From NCBI GenBank assembly GCA_024280835.1, contig JAJRPJ010000018.1:5390-69389 (forward strand): a stretch of DNA of 64,000 nucleotides. Reading direction: 5' to 3'. This DNA is from Candidatus Zixiibacteriota bacterium (GTDB lineage Bacteria > Zixibacteria > MSB-5A5 > GN15 > JACZUZ01). A program made the position numbers and the translations under genes. Shown in pieces: positions 55,326 through 64,000 of this stretch (position 1 is its first letter; each line of letters opens with the position of its first letter). A model generated the notes under the pieces. It made no database searches, was not told the origin of the DNA, and saw only the letters and a list, made by a program, of their open reading frames with translations.

Positions 55326-56527
55326 GCGACTCAAAACCATTAGACACTACCAAGTTACACATCGAGACAAAAGCTGTGCATTGTCATCCATCTGATCCTG
55401 CAACTGGCGCTGTTTCGGCTCCTATTTATCAGACTGCGACATTCAAACTTCCAGCTCCTGGTGATGAATCGGGATATGTCTATACTCGTAGCGCTAATCC
55501 AACTCGTGACTTATTGCAGGATGCGCTCGCCAAACTTGAAAACGGCTCGCAGGGACTGACCTTCGCCAGCGGTTTGGCGGCGACAAACACAATTATGAAT
55601 CTACTCCGACATGGCGACCATTTGGTTGCTGGTGATGATTTGTATGGTGGTTCTGTTCGTCAATTTGAAAATGTCCACAAGCCCAATTCTGGGATTTCAT
55701 TTTCCTATGTTGATGGTCGTGACCCAAACAACATCGAACAGGCGCTGACCGAAAAGACAAAGATAATTTGGATTGAGACACCGACAAATCCGCTTTTGAA
55801 AACTTACGATATTGCCGCTATCTCGAAGATAGCCATCAAACACAAAATATTGTTGGTGGTGGACAATACATTTGCTTCGCCATACTTGCAGCAACCTCTG
55901 GATTTGGGTGCAGACATCGTTTTGCATTCTCTGACAAAATATCTTTGTGGACATTCTGACACTGTCGGCGGAGCGTTGGTTGTTAAAGATAAAGCTCTCG
56001 GAGAAAAGTTGGCCTACTATCAGAATGCAGTTGGAGCTGTCATGGCGCCATTTGATTGCTGGTTGGCTTTGCGTGGTATCAAGACTCTGGCTGTGCGCCT
56101 AGACCGTCAATGCGCTAATGCGCAAGAGATTGTGAAGTTCTTGCAGGGAGCTTCATCGGTGACTAGTGTCCTCTATCCTGGCATAGATGGCTCACCGTTG
56201 CTCAATGGCATGAAATCTGGCGGAGCGATGGTTTCTTTCAATCTCGATGGAGACTTTGAGCAAGTTAAACGCTTTGTGATGGCGACCAAAATCTTCACGC
56301 TTGCGGAATCTTTGGGAGGAGTCGAGTCTCTAGTTAATCACCCAGCTTCCATGACCCACGCATCTATCCCACGTGAAACTCGTTTGAAATTTGGTATTGA
56401 TGATGGTTTGGTACGTCTCTCTGTTGGAGTTGAGCACGTCTCAGATTTGGTAAATGATTTGAAACAAGCGCTTGCAGTTTATCAAAGTGCAAACAAGTCT
56501 GCCCAATCAGAAGTCGCTTCCGCCTAA
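55295..56527 (+). CDS. cystathionine gamma-lyase/gamma-synthase family PLP enzyme
   Basis: ATGAVSAPIYQTATF...YTRSANPTR...VVDNTFASPYLQQPL..GADIVLHSLTKYLCGHSD (Lys in TKY)...LAESLGGVESL. An alternative TTG start at 55322 would overlap the upstream stop (TTGA). Confidence 0.85.
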   Translation: MDDRERTKILSDSKPLDTTKLHIETKAVHCHPSDPATGAVSAPIYQTATFKLPAPGDESGYVYTRSANPTRDLLQDALAKLENGSQGLTFASGLAATNTIMNLLRHGDHLVAGDDLYGGSVRQFENVHKPNSGISFSYVDGRDPNNIEQALTEKTKIIWIETPTNPLLKTYDIAAISKIAIKHKILLVVDNTFASPYLQQPLDLGADIVLHSLTKYLCGHSDTVGGALVVKDKALGEKLAYYQNAVGAVMAPFDCWLALRGIKTLAVRLDRQCANAQEIVKFLQGASSVTSVLYPGIDGSPLLNGMKSGGAMVSFNLDGDFEQVKRFVMATKIFTLAESLGGVESLVNHPASMTHASIPRETRLKFGIDDGLVRLSVGVEHVSDLVNDLKQALAVYQSANKSAQSEVASA

Positions 56528-56549
56528 TAAACCGAAGTTTAACAAACGA

Positions 56550-56587
56550 AGCCGAGAGTAGATATTTCTACTCTCGGCTTTCTTGTT
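56550..56587 (+). terminator. rho-independent terminator
   Basis: agccgagagtag (56550-61) pairs with ctactctcggct (56568-79), followed by ttcttgtt. Confidence 0.75.
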
Positions 56588-56638
56588 ATCAATCAGGTTC
56601 AAGAGTCAAAAACTTACAGTCATGAATAGCGCGTTGAT

Positions 56639-57436
56639 TTAGTATCCAGCGTCATGTTCGCGGTTGCTTGTTCTCTTACCGCTGTTGATACTGTGTCTAC
56701 TAAGAACAGTGTCTTTGACTTTTGCAAGGTCCATCATATTATCAATCATCAGCGGCTCAAATGAATAATACCCTTGAGCATATTTACAGCGCCCCATCTG
56801 TCCGTAAGTGCGCGCCATTGTTTCCATATAGTGCATATAGTCACCCTGTTTATCAGGGTTTTGGAACTGCGAGGCATGAGCTTTAAGAGCCTTCATCCAA
56901 GTCTCAAAATAATCAGTAATATCGACGACAAAAGACGGAGCCAGTGAGTAGGGCAAGAAATAGTGAAACGTCCGGTCAGTATGGTGTGGCGCCAGACCAC
57001 ATTCAAACTTGGCCAGTCGCGCCAATCCAGCGGCGTTGATAGTTATCTGCCCTGTGGCGATATGGTCAGGGTGGCACTGCGCTCGGCCATTGGTGTTTAT
57101 GGGGTAAGGGCAAAGGATAATAGTCGGTTTGACTTTGCGAATGAGTTCAGCCACTTTTTGGCGCTTGTCATAAGTATCAATCAATTGAGTGTCACCAAAG
57201 TCGAAGACTTCAATTAGGTCTGCGCCTAGAATTTTTGCAGCTGATTCGGTTTCTTTTTCACGTATCTCTACTGTACCGCCTGTGCCCATTTCACCTTTGG
57301 TGAAGACTGCAATAGCTACAGAATAGCCCTGCTCAACTAATTTTGGAATCAATCCACCACAGCCAACTTCTACATCATCGGGATGCGCCCCAATCGCAAG
57401 CACATCATAACTATTTGCTACATCTTTATTCGGCAT
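56639..57436 (-). CDS. PIG-L/LmbE-family N-acetylglucosaminyl deacetylase (BshB-like)
   Basis: VLAIGAHPDDVEVGCGGLI ... HPDH are the zinc-site motifs of the PIG-L family. Confidence 0.85.
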   Translation of the reverse strand: MPNKDVANSYDVLAIGAHPDDVEVGCGGLIPKLVEQGYSVAIAVFTKGEMGTGGTVEIREKETESAAKILGADLIEVFDFGDTQLIDTYDKRQKVAELIRKVKPTIILCPYPINTNGRAQCHPDHIATGQITINAAGLARLAKFECGLAPHHTDRTFHYFLPYSLAPSFVVDITDYFETWMKALKAHASQFQNPDKQGDYMHYMETMARTYGQMGRCKYAQGYYSFEPLMIDNMMDLAKVKDTVLSRHSINSGKRTSNREHDAGY

Positions 57437-57619
57437 AAATTTTTGACTTCCTTTTGCAGAGACTATTGCAGTCAGGCAATTTTAGGTTCCACCCATTCGA
57501 TAGCAATATAGATACTACTCCGTAGCGAAAAAGTTTTTTCTTCAACTACAGAACCTAATATTCCAATAGTATCACGCTCCTCGCGATTTAGAACTCATAC
57601 AATAGTGTCTTTTTATCAC

Positions 57620-57650
57620 AAAAAAAGCCGAACGGGGAATCCCGTTCGGC
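57620..57650 (-). terminator. rho-independent terminator of the FadL/esterase-like operon
   Basis: gccgaacggg (57627-36) pairs with cccgttcggc (57641-50). An A7 run on the plus strand gives T7 after the hairpin on the minus strand. Confidence 0.7.
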
Positions 57651-57689
57651 CATAAGCATTTCTCTTAGCTAACAATCAGTATTGTTCGT

Positions 57690-58199
57690 TTAGTACTTGG
57701 CTTTGTAGTTCTTTACCTGCAAATCAGCTGGAACAAACGGGTGCATTCTATCAGAATGGAATTTGAGGATTGAAGGCAAGACTTCGAATATGTAATGCGA
57801 GCCACCCTCGTCAGCGAATCCATCATAACCCGAATACTCTTCAAAGATAGTCGTTACTGGAGTTGGCAATGACTGCAACTTATTGACGAACATCGTGTCT
57901 TGGTCAAAGTGATTGAACTTTGCATCCTGCGTGGCCATAATCATGACATTACCAGAGAGCTCACTGAGCATAGTCGAACCGAGTGAATCGACAACGTTCG
58001 CCATATCATGACGTTTCCAAAGGTCCCATATTAAATTGTAGGGAGCTCCAGTTGAGTCAAACGGCAGGAACATACGCAATGTGGCGTCTTCGCCTGTTAC
58101 AATGTTCGGGAATGCTGGAAAAGTTATATCTGTAGGTGGATTGTATGCGAATGTCGTCTCTGGTGGCGCAACTGTTGTATTGATGTTTGTATCAATCAC
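57690..58199 (-). CDS. C-terminal part of the esterase-like lipoprotein (same frame as 58440..59129)
   Basis: The track start is a GTG. My translation of 58439->58200 is open and in the same frame: AISAPLYFSDNTYGFPRIFTQALGEWGSYSEIDSSSFAPATSFLIAAAIGFSPEDTAYSFGVDGAGKPVVDSINKIYDST. Confidence 0.55.
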   Translation of the reverse strand: MIDTNINTTVAPPETTFAYNPPTDITFPAFPNIVTGEDATLRMFLPFDSTGAPYNLIWDLWKRHDMANVVDSLGSTMLSELSGNVMIMATQDAKFNHFDQDTMFVNKLQSLPTPVTTIFEEYSGYDGFADEGGSHYIFEVLPSILKFHSDRMHPFVPADLQVKNYKAKY

Positions 58200-58439
58200 A
58201 GTGCTGTCGTAAATCTTGTTAATCGAATCGACTACAGGTTTCCCAGCCCCATCAACACCGAAGCTATAGGCAGTATCCTCAGGGGAAAATCCGATAGCGG
58301 CGGCTATGAGAAAACTAGTTGCTGGAGCAAAGGAAGATGAATCAATCTCGCTATAAGAACCCCATTCACCCAGCGCTTGCGTGAAGATTCGAGGGAAACC
58401 ATAGGTATTATCACTAAAGTACAGTGGCGCCGAGATTGC

Positions 58440-59129
58440 CTAAACCGAACCAAAATTCGTAGCGCCAGCGCTAGCTGTAAATGGGTCAGGCGCAATCATC
58501 GCGCGGATAGCGCCGTAGCCAGCCATTTCATAACCAGAAACGGCTCTCAGGTTCTTGCGCTCAAGCGGGTCACTGGTCACAGTTCCAAAAGTATTGAACT
58601 GCGTGTCGATGAAAGCAACTAACGACTGGGAAATAAGATTCTCCCAAAGTCCATTGGTGACGTAATTGCTATAGAAAGATCCACCGAAAGGATTACTAGT
58701 GCCGTTGACAGTTACAACTATCATAGGTTCGATTTCGCCACTCTCAATCATTCTGTTCATTACAGTTTGCAAATTATTGTGCAAGTAGAAGAATTGATCT
58801 CCTCTAAAAGGACTCAACATAAACAATGTCGGATAGGGACGGTTGAATCCTTTGTCGTCATATCCTGGTGGAGTATAGATATTTAGGCTAGTAGTTACCA
58901 AATCGGAAAACTGGGAGAACCCTGTTTCTATGAAAAAGTGATTCCTAGTCCAAGTAGAAATACCCTCTGGTGGCTCTGCCCTAAATGTTGGATTGCCGCG
59001 GTCTGTACAACTGGCAATAAGTGACCCAAAGACAGCGACACCGACCAACATCAAGAGAGCGGCGCTTCTTTTCAATCTGCTATTCATATTTTGTGTCATA
59101 AAACGATGTGTCGTAATTTTGTTTTTCAT
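58440..59129 (-). CDS. N-terminal part of a PF00756-type (putative esterase) lipoprotein, ends at an in-frame TAG
   Basis: Lipobox GSLIASC. PYPTLFMLSPFRGD...MIVVTVNG...GGSFYSNY...RAVSGYEMAGYGAIR follows the esterase-D-like layout, but the nucleophile position (GxSxG) reads GYEMAG. Confidence 0.7.
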   Translation of the reverse strand: MKNKITTHRFMTQNMNSRLKRSAALLMLVGVAVFGSLIASCTDRGNPTFRAEPPEGISTWTRNHFFIETGFSQFSDLVTTSLNIYTPPGYDDKGFNRPYPTLFMLSPFRGDQFFYLHNNLQTVMNRMIESGEIEPMIVVTVNGTSNPFGGSFYSNYVTNGLWENLISQSLVAFIDTQFNTFGTVTSDPLERKNLRAVSGYEMAGYGAIRAMIAPDPFTASAGATNFGSV

Positions 59130-59178
59130 ATTACTCTTCTAATCGACTGAATGTTGTCTCCAACTCTACAATTTATCA

Positions 59179-60657
59179 CTAGAAGTGATAGACAATGCCA
59201 AATACTGATTGGTACTTATTCCCACTGATAGTAGCGGGCAGATTATCGTTTATGCTATCTCCGTTTACATCGGCAGCCTCGGTAAAGGTCAAGTCAGATT
59301 GACTCGTAACGCTTGCTGCGGCTTGAATAGTCCAACGCTCAACGTCAATCGAGATACCCAAGCTTGAGGTGTAAGAAGTGCCGTTGTTCAAGAACTGTGG
59401 AACAGTTGTACGAGTGTCTGAAGTTATGGCTTGGTCAACTCTAAACCCACCCATGAAAGTAGTAGCCGCGCTAGCTTTGAACTGCAAGCCGAGCATGCCA
59501 CTGCCAGCATCATCCCACACTGCGGGGCTTGATAAATCGGTTCTAACTAAACCATTGAGCAGCGGGAACGGATTTGCCACCCCTTGCGGAATGGTAATAT
59601 TCAAACTGTCGAATGTACCGAAAGCTAAGTTAATACCTTCATATTGTGACCAAAGTGTGTATTCGCCGTCAATTGAAACTGTCAGTTTTTTTGAAATGTC
59701 GATAGCCACACCAACACCAAACTTAGCTGGCGCTACAATCTTTGTAGTGAAATCTGAGGTCGCCTGAAGAGTGAAACCAGAGGTCAAGAAAAACTCGTCA
59801 GTGCCACGCAAGAACCCCTCAGATCTTTGTAGTTGACTGTCGGCTGGCAAGAAGATTTCGAAGGCTGTTCTGCCGTCCACCGTAATAGTTGTTTTCGGTA
59901 CAAAGGTAGCGCCAAAACTAATTTTTTCGGAGGCCTGCCAAAGTAGTCCAATACGACCACCCAGCGCCCAACCGTTACCATCAGAGCTTGTCAACTCAGG
60001 AATCTTTTCATACGGTCTGTCCACCAGAGCAGGATCAAGTGGATTGTTGCGTAAGACCAGATTGTTATAATTCAAATCTGCTCGTACAAGAGCAATACCA
60101 ATTCCGACTGACAGTTTGTCTTCAATAAATTCGCGGGCAAATGTTGCCTGAAAGTTTACAATATCAAGATTGATAGAGAACTGTTTTTGATCAACTGGGA
60201 ATTGTACTGAACTGTAACCTTGAATACCCTCAAATAGCGTCCAAGACAGGTTCTGATCTCCTGATTCGTAAATCGAGAATCCGACAACAGTTTCGCCCCA
60301 AAAAGGCGTGCGAATAACTATGCTACCTTCGGGAGTGGAGATAGTCTCATTGCGATTCGGAATATCGGTTCCTGTGGCAAAGCCTGTTTCGAAGTTGGTT
60401 CCGAATTCATAGTTAGAGTTGTATGTATAGCGATTGTGCATGAACGTATTTGCAAATCCGAATTGGTTATCTTGGAGTTTTGCATAGCCAGCGGGGTTGT
60501 AGGCGGCCGCAGACCAATCATCAGCAATCCCCCTAAAGGCGCCACCAAGCGCTCGGGCCTTGATCCCTGTGCCATAGTCGTATCCTGCTGCCAAGACACT
60601 TCCAGTTCCACAGAGCGCTAACCCTAAGGCAATGATATATAATCGAGCTTTATTCAT
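59179..60657 (-). CDS. FadL/OmpP1/TodX-family outer membrane transport protein
   Basis: GIKARALGGAFRGIADDWSAAAYNPAGYA is the family's N-terminal signature, followed by a beta-barrel pattern ending in F. I chose the ATG at 60657 (MNKARLYIIALGLALCGTGSVLA), which has GAGG 6 nt upstream, rather than the 92-codon-longer track start. Confidence 0.75.
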   Translation of the reverse strand: MNKARLYIIALGLALCGTGSVLAAGYDYGTGIKARALGGAFRGIADDWSAAAYNPAGYAKLQDNQFGFANTFMHNRYTYNSNYEFGTNFETGFATGTDIPNRNETISTPEGSIVIRTPFWGETVVGFSIYESGDQNLSWTLFEGIQGYSSVQFPVDQKQFSINLDIVNFQATFAREFIEDKLSVGIGIALVRADLNYNNLVLRNNPLDPALVDRPYEKIPELTSSDGNGWALGGRIGLLWQASEKISFGATFVPKTTITVDGRTAFEIFLPADSQLQRSEGFLRGTDEFFLTSGFTLQATSDFTTKIVAPAKFGVGVAIDISKKLTVSIDGEYTLWSQYEGINLAFGTFDSLNITIPQGVANPFPLLNGLVRTDLSSPAVWDDAGSGMLGLQFKASAATTFMGGFRVDQAITSDTRTTVPQFLNNGTSYTSSLGISIDVERWTIQAAASVTSQSDLTFTEAADVNGDSINDNLPATISGNKYQSVFGIVYHF

Positions 60658-61420
60658 TGAAAACCTCATTGCCGATGACTTTGTTCTCGGCTGTTTACTT
60701 CTAACGATACTTGTCATTTGTTCAGTAATCCTGTGCAAGTCCACGACCTTCAATCTATGTTTCACAAAAACTCTATTTATCTCACAAAAAACTACTACAA
60801 AAAGAACTTCTCCGCAGAATACTTTAGAGTTAACAATATCTTCTGCATTCAAAACTTTCACTTCAAAAAAACGCAATGGAAAAAACACAACGGGGAGTGA
60901 GGCGCGACAACGAGAGGAACAGTAGACAACCACAACAGCGCTATTCAGATTGTCTTAATCGAATCAGCTTTGACACATATCCAGAAAGAAATGAAACCGA
61001 CGCTTATTCAAATATGCTGATCACATATCTAGACGCTGGATTGCTAAATTGTCACTTTGAATTCCGGTAAATCCCTGGTGAATTTCCTGATGCCGAGTCC
61101 TCCCCGGAAGAGGCCATTGTCGCTGCTAGCAACAAAGAACCACACGCTACCCTCTCAAAGAACTTCTCTTGCCGAGATTTGCTAAACTCCCTTACTTCTC
61201 TTTAATACCTGTTTTTGAATCAAACCTCTTCATGGCGGTAGGGTCGCGATTCGACTGCCAAAAGTAGCGCCCTACCAGACAAATGTCAAGACACAGACAT
61301 TACGCTAAAGCATTGACTTTACTGTGTTTGTCAAGCCAATCGGGATGGAAGGCGGAACGTATTAAGCTGCTATGTGACAGTTAGTTACGACAATAAGAGC
61401 TATGTATTTATTGGGTCGCC

Positions 61421-62431
61421 TTAACATCCAAGTCTTAGAGATGGATCAGAATCCTCGGAGAGAGCCGATGAACCGATTCTGTGATACTGAAAATGTCCAG
61501 CGGCGGCTATCATAGCGGCATTGTCAGTGCAGAGATTCAGACTGGGGTAGAAAAAGTTGATACCTCTTTGCTCCAGTTTTTCTCCCAATAACTCCCTAAG
61601 CCGACTATTAGCGGCAACCCCGCCCGATAGTGTTACTGAGCGGACCTGAAGTCTTTCAGCTGCGGCGACTGTCTTACGCGCTAGTATATCCACCGCCGCT
61701 TCCTGAAATGAAGCCACAATATCAGCTAGGCTGGCTTTTCGCTGTTCCTCGGTGATTGACTTCCAGTACAAAGCCACCGCAGTTTTCAGCCCAGAGAATG
61801 AAAAGTCAAAATCTCCACTGTGAGCCATCGGCCGCGGAAATTTGATAGCCTGCGGATTGCCTTCTTTGGAAAGTGCATCAATTTTGGCTCCGCCAGGATA
61901 ACCAAGCCCCACTAATTTGGCCACTTTATCAAAGGCCTCTCCAACTGCGTCATCGCGGGTTTGACCGAGAACAACATAATTGCCAAAACCTTTGGTTTCC
62001 ACCAACAGTGTATGACCACCAGAAATCAACAATGTCAGGTGATGTGGATCAAGTTCAGGATAAGCTAGAAAATTTGCGGCGATGTGTCCTTCAAGATGAT
62101 TGACGGCGGCAAAGGCTTTTCCAGACGCCAACGACAAACCGCGTGCAAAATTTAATCCAACTAACAGACAGCCGATTAGTCCAGGGCCTTTAGTAGCTGC
62201 GATAAGATCAATGTCAGCTAGTGAGACATTCGCCTCTGATAAGGCGCGTTTGTAAATTGGGCCAACAGCGCTGACATGTTTGCGACTGGCAATCTCTGGA
62301 ACTACTCCACCAAAGATTGCATGCTCGGCTTGGCTGAGGATAATATTTGAAAGCGTTTTTGTGCCTTCAGCAACCACAGCCACTGCAGTTTCGTCGCAGG
62401 AGGTTTCAATACCAAGAGTTAGAAATGACAT
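61421..62431 (-). CDS. tsaD: tRNA N6-adenosine threonylcarbamoyltransferase
   Basis: LTLGIETSCDETAVAVV...GVVPEIASRKH...NHLEGH...SGGHT...SGGVAAN. The start at the internal MSFLTLG avoids overlap with the upstream gene. Confidence 0.92.
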   Translation of the reverse strand: MSFLTLGIETSCDETAVAVVAEGTKTLSNIILSQAEHAIFGGVVPEIASRKHVSAVGPIYKRALSEANVSLADIDLIAATKGPGLIGCLLVGLNFARGLSLASGKAFAAVNHLEGHIAANFLAYPELDPHHLTLLISGGHTLLVETKGFGNYVVLGQTRDDAVGEAFDKVAKLVGLGYPGGAKIDALSKEGNPQAIKFPRPMAHSGDFDFSFSGLKTAVALYWKSITEEQRKASLADIVASFQEAAVDILARKTVAAAERLQVRSVTLSGGVAANSRLRELLGEKLEQRGINFFYPSLNLCTDNAAMIAAAGHFQYHRIGSSALSEDSDPSLRLGC

Positions 62432-62444
62432 CGCAAAGTAATCC

Positions 62445-63347
62445 TCAAGGGATAGAGACACGAGTGAACGAATCGGACATCGATACAAGAGTTAGCCGTG
62501 GAGAAAGAGAGACATTTATAGGCGCAAAGCCGTTTAAGTCACGTTGAAGGAAATCAACGGTGACACTAACATCCACAGCGCTCAGGGCTTGAACTTCATC
62601 AATAGCGCCAGAAATGATTAGGTTGACTTTATTGGGCCTCAAACTAGCGGCCTCAACAGGAGCGTTCAACAAAGCTATCGACACATCCGACAGAGCTTTT
62701 TGGCGCACAGCAGTAACATTGACCCGATAGTTTATCTGCTTTGGCAGGAAACGGACACCGTAGGACTCTGGCGCATCTAGTGTTACTCGCATTTCAAAAT
62801 CATTGCTGATGTTTTGTTCAATGCGACTCTCTGTGGTTGCGAACATCAACCTTTGAATTGCGCTCTTAGGTCCGATAGCCAACGCAACAGCGGGGTCAAG
62901 AGAATCAACAGGCCCAACGACAAATCCAGCCGAAGGAATAACGGTGATTCGGCTCTTGATGGGTAAGGTCACACTATCGAGGACATCCAGATTGAAGCGA
63001 TAGTTTCGTGGAGACAACACGCTTTGTAGTGTCACGCCCGCTCCATCAGTAATTGTAACATTTTCAGTTGTCAGTTCCAATTCACGGCGACCTATTCTGG
63101 TCTCGCTTATCCGAATGGAAACGCCTTTTTCCTGCCATCCGCCACGCAAAAATGCTTTGCCAGTAGCCGAAACAAGCGCCTTTAACGAATCGGGTGGAGC
63201 TTCGGCGAGCGCCCTACTCTCGGAAGTTATTACTTCACTAACCGGAAATGTTCGCTCAACTTCATAGACTTTATCGGTAACAACATGCAGCCAAAGTATG
63301 ACTGCCAGAGCTGTCGCCAGAGCTTTTAGTGGTAGATTTGCAAGCAT
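62445..63347 (-). CDS. YbbR-like repeat domain protein
   Basis: N-terminal anchor LKALATALAVILWLHVV, then repeated beta-rich modules with the V.V.GP...L pattern typical of YbbR/CdaR-type proteins. This is a by-eye assignment. Confidence 0.55.
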   Translation of the reverse strand: MLANLPLKALATALAVILWLHVVTDKVYEVERTFPVSEVITSESRALAEAPPDSLKALVSATGKAFLRGGWQEKGVSIRISETRIGRRELELTTENVTITDGAGVTLQSVLSPRNYRFNLDVLDSVTLPIKSRITVIPSAGFVVGPVDSLDPAVALAIGPKSAIQRLMFATTESRIEQNISNDFEMRVTLDAPESYGVRFLPKQINYRVNVTAVRQKALSDVSIALLNAPVEAASLRPNKVNLIISGAIDEVQALSAVDVSVTVDFLQRDLNGFAPINVSLSPRLTLVSMSDSFTRVSIP

Positions 63348-63370
63348 GACTATTGTGGTGACTCAGGACT

Positions 63371-64000
63371 CTATGACGAGCTTCGAGTTACTAAAGTCCA
63401 GACTCCGTTAATTTTGCCTATGTTTTTCTTTTCTATGATCAAATCCATTTTGCCGTCGCGGTTTAGTTCGCGAGTAATAATGCTAGCGGCGTCTGGAATT
63501 GTGACTTCTATTACATTTGTTTTCTCAAGGTAGTCTGCTCGAGAACCGTAGTATATCTCTAAGTGATCGGCGCCATCAGTGTAGACTAAATCAGTTATAC
63601 CGTCATTGTTAAAATCAGCTGACCAGTCAAAAATAACTTCCCTATCAGGACTCTCGGCTGCATAATCCAATGTGAAAGGGAATTTTTTTCTGGCGGAAAA
63701 TTCATCTGATGGTATACCGTTTTCCAAGTCATAGATGAGCAAATCGAGGGCGCCTTTTTTTTGCATCATCATTTTGATCGTCGCTACAGCGCCGAGTTCA
63801 ATAGCTGGCAAAACCAACTCAGGAGTTCCATCTCCCTTAATGTCTGTAAGCATTATTGAGCTGCGCGCCTGTGAAAGATAAAGCGTCTTGCTGGGTGTCA
63901 GACTTAAGTAGCCTGATGCATCGCTCAAGTAAACATCAACCATACATTCAGGCGCTGTGACTCCACCGCGCATTCGCAAAGCAACCAAATCAGGACGACC
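63371..64000 (-). CDS. FG-GAP/VCBS-repeat protein, C-terminal part (gene starts beyond the right window edge)
   Basis: DFNNDGITDLVY, LNRDGKMDLII, KGDGTPELVL. The track start (63988) is a TTG, and the frame stays open to position 64000 (GRPDLVAL, another FG-GAP motif). Confidence 0.6.
   Translation of the reverse strand, partial: GRPDLVALRMRGGVTAPECMVDVYLSDASGYLSLTPSKTLYLSQARSSIMLTDIKGDGTPELVLPAIELGAVATIKMMMQKKGALDLLIYDLENGIPSDEFSARKKFPFTLDYAAESPDREVIFDWSADFNNDGITDLVYTDGADHLEIYYGSRADYLEKTNVIEVTIPDAASIITRELNRDGKMDLIIEKKNIGKINGVWTLVTRSSS

Larger units (their letters stand above)
57690..59129 (-). pseudogene. esterase-like lipoprotein gene (480 codons) interrupted by one in-frame TAG at 58440-58442
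   Basis: 59129-58442 is 229 codons and 58439-58199 is 80 codons, so everything is in one frame with only this single stop. Confidence 0.6.

Noticed and set aside
61237-61276. tmRNA-like or tRNA-like element (gattcgac within a 7-bp closed stem)
   Set aside because: It lacks a GGGG acceptor 5' end, a T-arm/CCA 3' end and a tag reading frame, and only ~180 nt are available before tsaD. A nearby GGAA loop (about 61130) also fails the SRP domain IV pattern.

Overview
Gene-dense 64 kb chromosomal stretch from a diderm bacterium of uncertain, probably uncultivated, lineage. Shine-Dalgarno sites are used, and TAA, TAG and TGA all act as ordinary stops. Content, left to right:
- End of a Bat-like block: DUF4159 gene plus a partial membrane protein.
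- A pilV/pilW/pilX-like minor-pilin operon; its 701-aa last gene carries a lone CXXCH.
- An orphan vsr-dcm cassette.
- A five-gene Cu/Ag-type RND efflux operon: Cys-cluster secreted protein, TolC-like, CusB-like, DUF3347, unusually long CusA-like.
- Two dockerin-tailed secreted proteins, one of 963 aa with BNR motifs and six MopE-type repeats.
- A co-directional string: ABC ATPase, fused permease/binding protein, egtB, egtD.
- A BNR/Ycf48-like propeller gene broken by one in-frame TGA.
- DinB, DUF2238, and an OYE flavoreductase with a divergent Rrf2 regulator.
- secDF.
- EIIA-CBS, DUF502, and an isolated divergent NuoJ/NuoK/NuoN-like trio.
- ridA, HD-GYP, an unrecognisable 209-aa protein, a TolB-like propeller, mfd.
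- CPA2 antiporter, initiator tRNA-Met, Na/Pi cotransporter plus PhoU-like protein.
- A SAM methyltransferase followed by a ~164-bp nested inverted repeat.
- greA, a CBS/CGL-type PLP enzyme pair, and a PIG-L deacetylase.
- A FadL-like porin plus an esterase-like lipoprotein broken by one in-frame TAG.
- tsaD, a YbbR-like protein and a partial FG-GAP protein.
I saw no CRISPR array, rRNA, transposase or integrase. The best leads are the egt-transporter linkage, the orphan NuoJKN-like module, the CXXCH pilin, the nested inverted repeat, and three interrupted genes (TGA, TAG, frameshift). All family assignments rest on motif recognition by eye; no searches were run.
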